From NCBI RefSeq assembly GCF_006345805.1, contig NC_043005.1, forward strand, positions 106,144,001 through 106,208,000: a stretch of 64,000 nucleotides of DNA, written 5' to 3'. The notes beneath the pieces were generated by a model, which did no database searches, was not told the origin of the DNA, and saw only the letters and a program-made list of their open reading frames with translations. Source of the DNA: Octopus sinensis (lineage: Eukaryota). Shown piece after piece: positions 39,691-52,994 of this stretch. The stretch's first letter is position 1, and the number at the start of each line of letters is the position of its first letter. The translations under genes were made by a program, and so were the position numbers.

Positions 39691-40087
39691 AACTGAATAT
39701 TATAACAGATTCAGTTTCTACACTAGCAATATTGATATGAGATGAATGCTGGAAACTAAAAACAGGTTATGAGCGTTAAGATCTTTGAGAATGATGACTT
39801 CAGAGAAGGAGGAATTAAGAAGGGTGTCGTTGATGTAGGATGAGATATAACCAGAGAGATGATCATGGCTGGAGGAGTTCAGAGAGAAATCATATGCATT
39901 TCAAGAAGTGAGCAGGGGAAGACTTAGAACCAGGGTAGCTTGAAATCTTTGTTGGTAATACCAAAGTTAGCATCAAAGAGAATGAAATCTACCTATGTGC
40001 ACACTCTACTATTCATCAGGTCATTTGAGTTTAGGATGTTGTCTGGACAGCAGAAGCAGCTTAGAGATAGGGTTAAAAGATCTGTGT

Positions 40088-40490
40088 CAGGAGTGGCTGT
40101 GTGGTAAGTAGCTTGCTTACCAACCACATGGACCCGGGTTCAGTCCCATTGTGTGGCATCTTGGGCAAGTGTCTTCCGCTATAGCACCAGGCCGACCAAT
40201 GCCTTGTGAGTGAATTTGGTAGACGGAAACTGAAAGAAGCCTGTCGTATATATGTATATATATATATATATATGTGCATATGTGTTTGTGTGTTTGTCCC
40301 CATAGCATTGCTTGACAACCAATGCTGGTGTATTTACGTCCCCGTCACCTAGCGGTTTGGCAAACGGGACTGATAGAATAAGTACTGGGCTTACAAAAGA
40401 ATAAGTCCCGGGGTCGATTTCCTTGACTAAAGGCAGTGCTCCAGCATGGCCGCAGTCAATTGACTGAAACAAGTAAAAGAGTAAAAGAGT
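40088..40490 (+). mobile_element. SINE AB
   Basis: As other AB copies. Confidence 0.9.
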
Positions 40491-41052
40491 ATATAAAGAG
40501 ATAAGATGTGAGTTGCATGTATTATTAAGATGTTATGCATACAGTCCAGGATGACGTTGAGTCCATGAGTTTTGGAGAAGAGAAGAGAGAATTTATTTTG
40601 CAGGTTTAGGATTGCTTTTTAATATCAAAAGTATGTGGAGGATATCAGGCATTGGTAGGTCACAATGACCTTCAGTCAGAAGCCAGGTCAGAATGACACT
40701 TGCAACAAACCAAACTTTACTATAAGAATTTCAGTGACATGTACAGAGCACCCAAAATATATAAAGGGAAAAGTAAGAAGAGGACCCTCTAATGTCATAT
40801 ATCAGAAGACTGCATTATATGGGATACCAGTCATAAGATAATACAAAGGTAAACACACACACACACACACACAAATGCACAGACATATGTAAATATGAAT
40901 TTTTGTATGCATATATATAAGAAGGGCATCCAGTTAACACTGGAACGCAGCACAAACCTGTGGTTCACTGGATCCTCACAATCTGTCCAACCCTTGCCAG
41001 CATAGAAAACAGATGTTAAGTGATGAAAATGATGATGATGATAAGTATATAT

Positions 41053-41104
<52 letters not shown>

Positions 41105-41180
41105 TAGATAAAATAAGACAACAAAGCCAAGGCTGTGAGGAGTTTTCAGGGCATTTATAAGGAAAAAGATATAAATATAG

Positions 41181-41226
41181 TCTTACAGCTGTTTCAGGGA
41201 TATTATGGATACCCCTTCATCAGAGA
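41181..41226 (-). ncRNA. Type I hammerhead ribozyme with a fully canonical core
   Basis: tct-CTGATGA-AGGGGTAT ccata ATATCCCT-GAAA-CAGCTG-TA-aga; 8 bp stem II, palindromic ACAGCTGT stem III, cleavage predicted between 41184 and 41183. Confidence 0.85.
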
Positions 41227-41261
41227 TGATGTGAGATGGTTAAATCTATGCACTTATATAT

Positions 41262-41265
41262 GTGG

Positions 41266-41301
<36 letters not shown>

Positions 41302-41329
41302 GGAGCATAGCTATATGTATGTTTTTGTA

Positions 41330-41365
<36 letters not shown>

Positions 41366-41583
41366 CGTACGTATGTATGTATGTATGTATGTACGTATGT
41401 ATGTATGCATGCATTTAAGAACGTATGTATGTATGTATGCATTTAAGTATGTATGTATGTACGTATGTATGTAAGTATGTATGTATGTATGCATGCATTT
41501 AAGTACGTATGTATGTATGTATGTATGTATGCATTTAAGTATGTATGTATGTACGTATGTATGTATGTAAGTATGTATGTATG

Positions 41584-41617
<34 letters not shown>

Positions 41618-41670
41618 TGTATGTATGTATGTATGTATGTATGCATTTAAGTATGTATGTATGTATTGGT
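41262..41670. repeat. (TA)n and (TATG)n array punctuated by CATTTAAG units
   Basis: Directly visible. Confidence 0.97.
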
Positions 41671-41789
41671 CTTCCCCCACTACCAACCATTGTGGCCTCC
41701 AGCTACCTATAATTAGTACAAGTTAAAACAGATATTAGAATTAAATGGATGAGAACTAACGGGAAAAATCAACATTGATATCCTCATCC

Positions 41790-43580
41790 TAATCATCATC
41801 ATTGTCTTAATCATCATCCTTTTCATCAACATCATCATCGTCATCATCACTAATACCTTCATCATTATTGTCATCATAACAACCAACATCTATCACTGTC
41901 CCTGCCTTATCATCATCATTGTCATCATCACTATCACTATCAACGTTGCCGCAACAACTACCTCCACAGCTGCTACCACCACTGCTACCACTTCCGCCAC
42001 TTCTGCCACTGGCACGGCTCCTGCCACCGCTGCCACTGCCACCACCACCTCCACCATTACCTCTGCTGCCGCCACCTCCTCTACCACTGCCTCTGCTACT
42101 CCTGCCTCCGTTGCTGCCTCCATCACTACCTCTGCCGTTTCCACTGCCTCCACTGCCTCTCAGTCTCTTCTGCCTCTTCCATGCCTACCACCTCCTCCAC
42201 AGCATCTGCCTCTGCTGCCTCTGCTGGTCGTCGTCATCATCATCATCATCACCATCAGCGACAGTACTTGAGAGTTGTTCTTTAAAACCTAAAATATGAA
42301 ATATATTGCATTGGATGGTTGCTATGAGGCATGTGAGGCACAGATGTGCTTGATTAGCGATAAACAAAGGTGTTAAAATCATCATCATCATCAATGTAGC
42401 CCCTATTACCATCACCACCATCAGCACCACCACCCTTACCGTTACTGCTGCATCCTCCTCCACTGCCACCACCACCATTACACTAGCACAGAACCATTAT
42501 CATTGCCACCATCACTACCACCACCAACATCACCCACCATCACCACGACCACCACTACCACCACCACCACCACCACTACCACCACTACCACCATAATCAC
42601 AACTATCATCATTATCATCATCATCATCATCACCATTCCACCCCCATATCCTCCACTATCAATAGCATAATCACCACCACCATCACCACTACAACATCCA
42701 CCACCACCACCACCACCACTACCACCACCCCCGCCGCCACAACTACCACCACCACCGCCGCCACCACCACCGCCGCCACCACCACCACTGTCTACTGCTT
42801 TTTCTACCACTCCTATATCCTTTTCCAACACCAGCACAACCACCACTACCACAACTTTGACCACCATCACGACCACCACCGCCACCACCACCACCACCAC
42901 AACCACCAATACTACTAATACCACCACTGCCACTATAACCACCAGTGCCACTGCTGCCAACACCCCCACCATCACCACCAACAACAAAACCATCACTACT
43001 ACTCATTTATTTGACTTTTGAAAATAAATTTTTGTTGGTTTTATTTCAAATATAAAAGTTAACAAAATATAGATTACCAAGAAATAAATTAGTAAAAAAC
43101 AAAAAAAAAATTTTTTTAATTAAAAAAAAAAAGGCAAAAAGAGGAGAAGAATGGCAGCAGTGGATGGGGAAGGAGAGGGGAGTGTTGGGTGTGGCAGACC
43201 AGATAAATGTGAAAAGTTTAAAATATGATATTTTAACAAATTTTCAGATAGATATACAAATTTATTTTTGTCATGTAACGAATAAAATTAATTACTGAGA
43301 TATTTTCGTACCACAAACACCACTAGGAACCATATGTATGTATCTGTACACACACACACACACACACACAACAACACACATGCACACATATGCATACACA
43401 CACATATCTAAATACACACACACACACACACACATCTATATAGCAATTTAGATATACATCCAAAAGAGCTACTAACAGTTTCATGCTACATATATTTTTA
43501 TATTTATACACACGCATATATTTGTGTGTGTGTGTGTGTGTGTATCTTTTCTTTTTTCTTATATGTATATATTTTTATAC

Positions 43581-43617
<37 letters not shown>

Positions 43618-43708
43618 GGAGAGAGAGATGTAGATACGTAATATATATACACACAAACACATATATATGCATACATATTCCCATACATACACACTTACAG
43701 ACATACAA

Positions 43709-43742
<34 letters not shown>

Positions 43743-44050
43743 TGATATCCTCATTATCCTTACCATTATGATTTCTACTAACATCATCACCAGCACCATC
43801 ACTCTCACCATCAGCAGTAGCCCCACCACCACCACCAACCACCACCACCATCCCCACCACAACCACCACCAACAACATCCTGTTGACCGCAATCATCATC
43901 ACAGCCGTAGTTGCCTCATCACTATCACTACCACTATCAACATCACCGAGAAGAACATCATTATCTGCCCCTTCCTCCTCTTTCTTCTCCTCCTTCTTCT
44001 CCTCCATATTATTGTCATCATCACTGTCATTCAACAACAACAACAACACA
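41790..44050. repeat. C/A-rich trinucleotide mosaics (CAT, CAC, CTG, CCT) and (CA)/(TA) tracts
   Basis: Directly visible. Confidence 0.95.
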
Positions 44051-44153
44051 TGGCACATGACATCGCATCAGACCATTTGTTCCCGGACATTCTAATAGCA
44101 TCAAACCAAATCGCATCATGTCCAACTGCGCCACACCCCACTGAATTACATTA

Positions 44154-44327
44154 GGCGCAGGAGTGGCTGTGTAGTAAGTAGCTTGCTTATCAACCACATG
44201 TTTCCTGGTTCAGTCCCACTGCATGGCACCTTGGGCAAGTGTCTTCTACTATAGCCTCAGGCTGACCAAAGCCTTTGTGAGTGAATTTGGTAGATGGAAG
44301 CTGAAAAAATCCCATCGTATACATATA

Positions 44328-44370
<43 letters not shown>

Positions 44371-44540
44371 TTGTGTGTCTGTTTGTCCCCTCACCATCGC
44401 TCGACAACTGATGTTGGTGTGTTCAGCAAAAGAGACCGACGGAATAAGTACTAGGCTTACAAAGAATAAGTCTTGGGGTCAATTTGTTCAACTAAAGGTG
44501 GTGCTCCAGCATGGCTGCAGTCACATTACAGAATAAAAGA
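44154..44540 (+). mobile_element. SINE AB with an internal deletion
   Basis: As other AB copies. Confidence 0.85.
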
Positions 44541-45479
44541 ACATACTACTTTGCATAACACTATACTATTACACAAACCACAACATTATGCCACACCACA
44601 TCCCACAACACCACAGTCCACCATACTACATGGAATGTGGTTTGGTGGTTACAGTATTTGACTTACGATTGTAAGATCGTGATTTTGATTCCCAGCAGTG
44701 CATTGTTTTCTTGAGCAAGACTCTTTATTTCACATTGCTCCAGTCTACTCAGCTGGCAAGAATAAAGCTGGACCTATATTTCAAAGAGCCAACCTTGTCA
44801 CATTTCGTGTTGTGCTCAGTTTCCCTGAGAACCAGGTTAAGGATACACATGTCTGTGGAGGGCTCGTTTTAATTCTTCAAGCAGGGTGTTTCATTGATCA
44901 GATCAACTGGAACCCACATTAGCATAACTGACAGAGTACCAGTTATGTGTGTATATATGCATGTTGTAGCTGTAATTCAAAAGGTCAGCTTTTCACATTA
45001 GGTAGGTGAGGCTCTGAAAGGGGTCTCAGGGAGTAGTGTCGCTGCTTTCCTGAGCTAGTTCTCCACCACATTTCTTAAAAGTCATGGAAGAAGCCTTGGT
45101 TTTGGGACCACTCATGTCTAGAAACTGAGGTTGCGGGTAAGCAAGGGCATGCTTCCTGTAGAAAATCCAGCTCCAAAAAAGCCTCCTGATAGCAAGGGAG
45201 AATGAACACCAGCCAACCCAAAAGTTGGGGTGGGCTGCACCTGCCTGCCTCAGTTGCTATGGTATTGAGGTAGATCCAGCCACCCCTGTTAATGGGGATA
45301 AAACCTGGATTTAAAACATTGGATGATGATGATGATGTGACACACTGAATCTTCCTGAGAACTACATTAAGGTACACATGTCTGTGGAGTGCTCAGCCAC
45401 TTACATGTTAATTTCATGAGCAGGCTGTTCCATTCTATGGATCAAATGGAACCCTTGTCAGTATAACCAACAAAATGCC

Positions 45480-45800
45480 CAGTTCCAACTTGACAGCACA
45501 CCAAACTACATCCTACACCATATTGCACCACATTGCATATTCCATGCCACACTGTGTATACAACCTTAACGCACCATACTACATCTCACAACATCATACT
45601 ATTCTACACTGTGCTATGCTACGCCATAAACATCACACTGCACTATAATACATTACACACACACACACCTCACAACACCCCACAACATCCTGACATCACA
45701 CTTTGCCTCACCACATCACACAGACCACACTATTATACCCATGCTACATCACAACACCTTCATCCCATCACAGCAAACAACAGCAACAACAACAACAATC
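45480..45800. repeat. Degenerate (ACACY)n pentamer-like tract; a similar stretch lies at 44540-44630
   Basis: Directly visible. Confidence 0.7.
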
Positions 45801-46457
45801 ATGCACGGACCAGCCCATTGCAACATGGAACTCCCTCAGATCCCTTTGTAGATTTGAGTGCGGCACCACAATTTTGTACGTTTCCTTTTATTTAGTGTTG
45901 CATTAAAACTTGCATGTTAATTAAATGTGCACTGACTGTTCTGTCCTGCACACTGCTGTTACTCAATGCACTCAATTGAAAAAAAAAAGGGGAAATTTTA
46001 AATAAAACATGGAGGGAAGGGGGAACAAATAAAGGGAAGGAAAACACTTTTTTTTCTTTCATATTATTATCATTGCTATTATTGTCATTCCAATTGTTAT
46101 TGCTATAATTGTAGTTGTTAATTATTGTATATATTTTCTTTTTATTATATATTTTTTTTATATTTCTGTTTTGTATTTCATATATTTTCTTTTATCCAAT
46201 TTTTATTTTAATTTTACGATTTATATTTTTTAAATATTTATTTTTTCTTTTATATTTTATATATATCTTTATATAGTGAATATTTTATTTACTTTTATAT
46301 ATATATATATTTTAATATATTTTGTCTTATTTCATATTTTTATATTTTTTATATTTTCACTTTTATCTTTTATATTTATTGATTTATATTTTTCCATAAT
46401 ATTTTCATTGATTTTAATTTTTGTTGCCAGTGTGCTTGATCTCTTATTTCTATGCAG

Positions 46458-46494
<37 letters not shown>

Positions 46495-47149
46495 TGATAA
46501 ATACGTTTTATATATATACATACACACACACCACACACACATTCACACACACACATTCACACATACACCCACACACATATATATAAATATAAATACACAC
46601 ATACATACATGCATATATATGTGTGTATATTTATATATATATATATATACACACACATATTTATATATATATATCTACACACACATATATATATAAATAA
46701 AATATATATAAAATAAAGTATATATATACATACATATATATACATATATATATACATATATATATATGTATATATATATTCCTGTATGTACTTTTATTCT
46801 CTTGTTCGTTTTGATGTCTATGTATATTGTTCTTGACTTTATTCTTGTAAAATGTTTTTCTTTGTTCTTGCAGTTGTAGTTGTATTTATAGTTTTTCTTT
46901 TGTATTAAAATGCTTTTCTTTTTCCTTCCTTTTTCTTGTTCTCTTTTTCAGTGTGACTGTTGTTACATCTTTTGTTACCATTGTTATTACAGCTGTTAGT
47001 TTTGTCACTATTGTTGTTACTGGTACTTTTACTGTTGTTGTCACCATTAATGCTGTTGCTAAGGTTACAGCTTATTTTGAGGATTTTTCATTGCTCAATT
47101 AGTGGTGGGGGTGCAGTACCCATGGCACTCTAGTGTCTTTAAGATCATA

Positions 47150-47900
47150 GGGAGTCAGGAAGAAAGTTACCCGCACACTAAAGACTTAGCCCAATTGCTT
47201 ACAATAGTTATAAAGTGTTTGAACTGCGAGTATAGCTGGACATCTTTGACAAGAAGTCTTCTTGATTAGGGCTGACTTTGAGCCTGAAATGACAAATGAA
47301 ACCCTAAACCATATGGCACGCCTCAAGCTGGGGCATAATTTTGTATCTTCTTCATATCTAATGACCCTTCTCGACCTCAGAATCTTGAGCTACCCACCCA
47401 AATCTGCTGATTCTCAGCTGAGCTTTCTACTCAGATCAACGCAGCCATTAGTAACAACTCTTAAATTTTATTTCCTTACATCCAAACTATCTAAATTAAT
47501 TTTAAAAATACATATATAAAAAACATTTATAAAAAAGAGCAAAAATAAATCTACTCAACAATTCTTCCTCATCTACACAAAAATTTGAGTAAGGGTATAA
47601 AACCCTCACGTCCTGTTCCCCTCCTATTTCTTCTTCTAGCAGTAGCATTGGTAGGAAAGTTAGTCTGCCCCATGCAATGTTCTTTTTGGGACAGCACTTT
47701 TGGGTCTGTTACATATGACAGAATAAGCTTGGATGGGGCCCAGAATGGAATGTGAATAAACACAAGGGCTACCCTGAGTAGCACCAACTCCAGCTATGCC
47801 ACTGCTCAAACCTATCTCTGATGTACGGGTTACACTTTACATAATAACTTCTCCCTAAATGCTCAAGTATCTGTTCATACACAGAATCCACCTTCCCCTC
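47150..47900 (-). mobile_element. Decayed CR1-type LINE RT C-terminal fragment; a related copy lies at about 52620-52990
   Basis: QGS...SILGP motif near 47730-47780; shared 24-26 bp blocks ctaatgacccttctc.acctcagaat and ttcttcctcatctacacaaa between the two copies. Confidence 0.55.
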
Positions 47901-47919
47901 TCAGACTCCTCTGGTTTTT

Positions 47920-48210
47920 GGTTTGAGACAGCATTCACCTGGGGTGGGTTAAGCTGGCTTCATTCATCCTCAATGCTGTATCTCTCACAAACGCCGACCA
48001 GACCTGGTAATTTGAGGCTAACGACCGTGTGATCTCCAACCACTCCTTATTCCAGCAGCAAATGCCGGGCATGTGGAGGCCTAGGTTGGGTTTCTGAGCA
48101 GCCTTGACTGTCATCAGCCAAGTTTTTCGTTGTCCACCACATCGCTTTCGCCAACCCCTTTCTCAAACTCCTCTAGACACATTCAAGGGTCAAGTATTGA
48201 TGATGTCATA
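47920..48210 (-). mobile_element. RTE LINE 3' end fragment
   Basis: GGQRKTWLMTVK...WNKEWLEITRSLASNYQVWSAFVRD followed by the 3' UTR motif shared with 24790-24830. Confidence 0.65.
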
Positions 48211-48212
48211 AA

Positions 48213-48530
48213 GGACTCCCTTCGGTCATGAAAAACCATGGCTTTGCACCTTCTGAGGCACAAGTCCGGGCAAGGTTGTTTATGGAAGACCAGCAGTCAC
48301 CCATGCATACCAGCCTCTCCTCTCCACACCACTGATGTTATCTAAGGAAAAGGCAAAGGCTGATACAATTAGGCCCCAGTGACATCACAATTCAATTTCT
48401 ACAGCTGAGTGAATTGGAGCAATATGAAAAAAAATGCCTTGCACAAGAACACAATGCACTGCCCAGTCTGGGAATTGAACTCACCACCTCGTGATTCTGA
48501 GCCCAACGTTCTAATCCCTGAGCCATGTGC
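48213..48530 (-). mobile_element. SINE E
   Basis: As 9750-10035. Confidence 0.8.
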
Positions 48531-48647
48531 ATTGAGCTAAAAATTGAATCTACAATTTAATAACGCAAGCATCCTGTTTTTCAGGCTTCCACAAAGTTCC
48601 TGTTTACCATATTTCATCTAGATTTCCACTTCTCTAAGGCAATTCAT

Positions 48648-48965
48648 GTGGAGACACAATGGCCCAGTGGTTAGGGCAGCGGACTCACGGTTGGAAGATC
48701 GTGGTTTAAATTCCCAAACCGGGCATTGTGTGTGTTTATTGAGCAAAAACACCTAAAGTTCCACGCAGCTCCGGTAGGGGCTGGTGGTGATCCCTGCTGT
48801 ACTCTTTTGCCACAACTTTCTCTCACTCTTTCTTCCTGTTTCTTGAGTAATGCTGCGATGGACTGGCATCCCGTCCAGCTGGTGGAGGTGGACACATATG
48901 CCATAGAAACCGGGAAACCAGGCCCATGAGCCTGGCTAGGTTTGAAAAGGGCGCATAAATAAAAT
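48648..48965 (+). mobile_element. SINE D with an alternative tail
   Basis: Same head and core as 27017 but the tail diverges after tcttcctgttt and ends gggcgcataaataaaataa. Confidence 0.85.
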
Positions 48966-49099
48966 AAGGCAATTCTAGAAGACACTCACCCAAAGTGCTC
49001 TACAGAGAAATTGAACCCTAACCCATATAGTTAGGACATTCACTTCTTAACCCAAGGCCATGGTGGCATCAAGGCTTATTGTCCTGTTGCTGTTGCTGT

Positions 49100-49447
49100 T
49101 GAACAAAGCGGTCTTCATCCCATGTCTGAAGTGGGAGAAGTTCAAAACGTGGTCCTTTGTTATTCGTAATACCCGCAGAAGAGAAAGCAGGTCAACCCCC
49201 GACACCAAGAGCATCGACGGATAGATGAATGTGCATCCAGGCTCAGTGGTTGCGTAGGAAGTCGAGGACAAGAAACAGGAAGAAAGAGTGAGAGAAAGTT
49301 GGGGCGAAAGAGTACAACAAGGGTCGCCACCATCCCCTGCCGGAGCCTCGGGGAGCTTTTCGGTGTTTTTGCTCAATAAACACACACAACACCCGGTCTG
49401 GGAATCCTAACCGCGATCCTCTGACCGTGAGTCCACTGCACCTCCTC
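49100..49447 (-). mobile_element. SINE D, long-tail form, within (CTG/TTG)n
   Basis: Matches 25593-25973. Confidence 0.88.
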
Positions 49448-50380
49448 CTGTTGCTGTTGCTTCTGTTGCTGCTGATATTTTTGCTGCTGCTGCCGCTGCC
49501 ATTATTCCTATTGTTGCTGTTTCTGTTTCTTTTGATGCTGCTGATGATGACGATGTTGCTGTTACTATTGCGGCTGTTACTGCTTCTGTTGTTGTTGCTG
49601 TTGTTGCTACTGCTGCAGTCGTTGCTGCTGCTACTGCTGCTACTACTGCTGCTGCTGCTGCTGCTGCTTCTGTTCCCTATCCTTGCTGTGTAATATCGAA
49701 CATTTCCAGCATCAGTTTATTTAATCCAAAATTAAATTAAAAGTCCTTATTTATTATTTTTTTGTTTTAAATTTTATTGTTTTGTTGTTTAATTATTATG
49801 TTTTATATGGTTTTCCTCTGATGTTTGTGTTATCTTTTTGTTTATTACATCAACAACAACAACAATAAGCAACAATAACAATAGAGACAAGACAAGAAAA
49901 AACCCCCCAAAATTGCTGAAGTGGAGGGGCTGGGGGTTGTTGAAATTGATTGCTATGTAGGAGGGGGTAGTCGTGGTTATGGAAGGGCAGGGGTAGAGGA
50001 AGTGATAGTGTTTGTGTAATGAGAGTGGTGTTGGTCATATAGGGAGGGCTTGGTGGTGGTTGTGCTTGCACAGTAGTGGTGGTTGTATGGTGAGAGTGGT
50101 GTTGGTCATATAAGGGAGGGCTGGAGGAGAAGGTTGTGTAGGAGGAGGAAGTGGTATCGGTGGTCTATAGAGAGCAGGTGAGTGTGAGGGTGGTGGTGGT
50201 GGTGGAGGTGGGGGTCAATAATTTCATGGTGAGATAAACATGACTGGCAATAATAGAGTTATGGTGAAAATTAAAATAGAAAATATATGTAGTGACATGT
50301 GCACACATACACACACACATTGTGAATATATTGTGTGTGTGTGTGTGTATGTTGGGAACAGCTTTTTTTGGTGGTGGGGA

Positions 50381-51040
50381 AATCATCATCATCATCATTG
50401 TTTAACGTCCGCTTTCCATGCTAGCATAGTTGGACGATTTTGACTGAGGGCTGGCGAACCAGACGGTCGCACCAGGCTCCAATCTTGATCTGGCAGAGTT
50501 TCTACTGCTGGATGCCCTTCCTAACGCCAACCACTCTGTAGTGGGTGCTTTTTTACGTGCCACTGGCACGAGGGCCAGTGAGGTGGTACTGGCAATGACC
50601 TCGCTCGAATCTTTTTACACATGCCACTGGCACAGGTGCCAGTAAGGTGACGTTGGTAACGATCACGCTAGAATGGTGCCCTTTTATGTGCCACAGGCAC
50701 GAGGGCCAGTGAGGCGGTACTGGCAATGACTTTGCTCGAATCTTTTTACACATGCCACTGGCACAGGTGCCAGTAAGGTGACGTTGGTAACGATCACGCT
50801 AGAATGGTGCCCTTTTATGTGCCACAGGCACGAGGGCCAGTGAGGCGGTACTGGCAATGACTTTGCTCGAATCTTTTTACACATGCCACTGGCACAGGTG
50901 CCAGTAAGGCGACGTTGGTAACGATCACACTTGAATGGTGTCTTTTACGTGCCACCGGCACGAGGGCCAGTCAGGCGGTACTGGCAATGACTTTGCTTGA
51001 ATCTTTTTACACATGCCACCGGCACAGGTGCCAGTATGAC
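50381..51040 (-). mobile_element. Family F repeat containing a 131 bp tandem array (about 3.6 units)
   Basis: Unit repeats at about 50560, 50691, 50822 and 50953; track ORFs 50553 and 50684 differ by 131. Confidence 0.9.
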
Positions 51041-51334
51041 CGAAATCAATCACACAGACAGACGCAAAAACACATACGCAAACACATATACATGTACATA
51101 TAGAAACATAAAGTAAACTCTATTGAATAGATGGTCAGATGCCAGTTGTACTCTTCTCTAACTGAGAGGAAACCCTTTGGACATCAATATATATATATAT
51201 AATATACATGAATATGTATATGTATATATAAAGAGCAAACCACTAGGTGGTTGGGTGTATGCTAGAAGTAGATCACCTACGATCAATCAAAAAAAAAGGT
51301 CACTGAGATCTCCATTACTTCTACTATCACTTAA

Positions 51335-51785
51335 AAGGTACCATTCGAGCGTGATCATTACCAGCGTCGCAATACTGGCACTCGAACCCTGTGCTACTAG
51401 GGTATTAAGAGCACCATCCAAGCATGATCATTGCCAGAGCAGGTATCTGGTCTTCATGCCGGTGGCATGTAAAGAACACCATTCGAGCATGATCATTACC
51501 AGCATCGCCTTACTGGCACCTGTGCCGGTGGCATGTGTAAAAGATTCGAGCGAGGTCGTTGCCAGTGCCACCTGACTGGCTCTGTGCCAGTGGCATGTAA
51601 AAGCACCCACTGCACTCTGGGAGTGGTTGGCATTAGGAAGGGCGTCCAGCTGTAGAAACTCTGCCAGATCAAGATTGAAGTCTGGTGCAGCCATCTGGTT
51701 CGCCAGCCCTCAGTCATACGTCCAACCCATGCTAGCATGGAAAGCGGACGTTAATCGATGATGATGATAATGATCATGATCATGA
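51335..51785 (+). mobile_element. Family F repeat, inverted relative to 50381-51040
   Basis: Reverse-complement match. Confidence 0.88.
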
Positions 51786-52137
51786 GATGTTTTGGCCCTG
51801 GAATGGACATAGATCTAACACAATGTCTCATCACTATTTGACCCAGCAAAGTGATAGATGGGGATAAGCTACGGTTTACTCTGTTTAAAGCATTTTAACC
51901 AGGCTACCACTTAGAATATGGTACAGTCTTGCAATGTCCTGCCTCTGCCCTTACTGATTTGTGTACTGATTTGTGTACGGTTTCTCAGCAGAAGTCAACC
52001 ACAGAATTAATGAATGATCTTTTATGGAGTTACTCAATCTACTAAAATAACAGTCACATCTGTTGCAAAATCTCATTCAACCATCTTTTTAAAAAAAGCA
52101 ACAAAGCAAAAGGGAAAATGAAGATACATTCCATATA

Positions 52138-52308
52138 GGTGTAGGAGTGACTGTGTGGTAAGTAGCTTGCTTACAAACCACATGGTTCCGGGTTCAGTCC
52201 CACTCTGTGGCAACTTGGGCAAGTGTCTTCTACTATAGCCTTGGGCCAACCAAAGCCTTGAGAGTGGATTTGGTAGATGGAAACTGAAAAGAAGCCCGTT
52301 GTATATAC

Positions 52309-52360
<52 letters not shown>

Positions 52361-52589
52361 GAGTGTATATATGTTTGTGTCTGTGTTTGTTCCCCGAACA
52401 TTGCTTGACAACCGATGCTGGTGTGTTTACGTCCCCGTAACTTAGCTGTTCGGCAAAAGAGCCCAATAGAATAAGTACTAGGCTTACAAAGAATAAGTCC
52501 TGGGATCGACTTGATAGATTGACTAAAGGCAGTGCTCCAACATGGCCACAGTCAAATGATTGAAACATGTAAAAGAGAGTAAAAGAGTA
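52138..52589 (+). mobile_element. SINE AB
   Basis: As other AB copies. Confidence 0.9.
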
Positions 52590-52994
52590 ATGAAATTCTT
52601 GATAAAGTGTCAGCAAAATGGCATAATCATGATTGGAACTGCTTTAACCATAAGTTCTTTTGATCTAGGCTGAACTTGTAACACGCTTAAACAGGTGCAT
52701 GATGCCATACTTTCTATTTTTCTAATGACCCTTCTCAACCTCAGAATTTTGCGCTATTCATCTGAGGCTGCTAACTCTTAACTGAGCTACTTACACAGGA
52801 CCAGACAACCCTTACCAACAACTTTTGGTTTTTCTTTCCTCAGCTTCAAACTACCTAAAATCCAAGCAAACATTTATATAGAAGAGCAGGATCAATTTAC
52901 TGGACACTTCTTCCTCATCTACACAAATATTTGATATGAAAACCCAACATCCAATCTAACTTGGATGCCTTGTTTAGTACACTCTATTGCAATG

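Larger units (their letters stand above)
38760..40800 (-). mobile_element. Decayed CR1-type LINE ORF2 (APE + RT), interrupted by F (39425-39690) and AB (40088-40490) insertions
   Basis: VIILKDLNAHN (APE, about 39740-39770), VPINISKTFH, AELPANGLH and LSDFLSGHTTVACID (RT, about 38820-38960). Confidence 0.7.
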
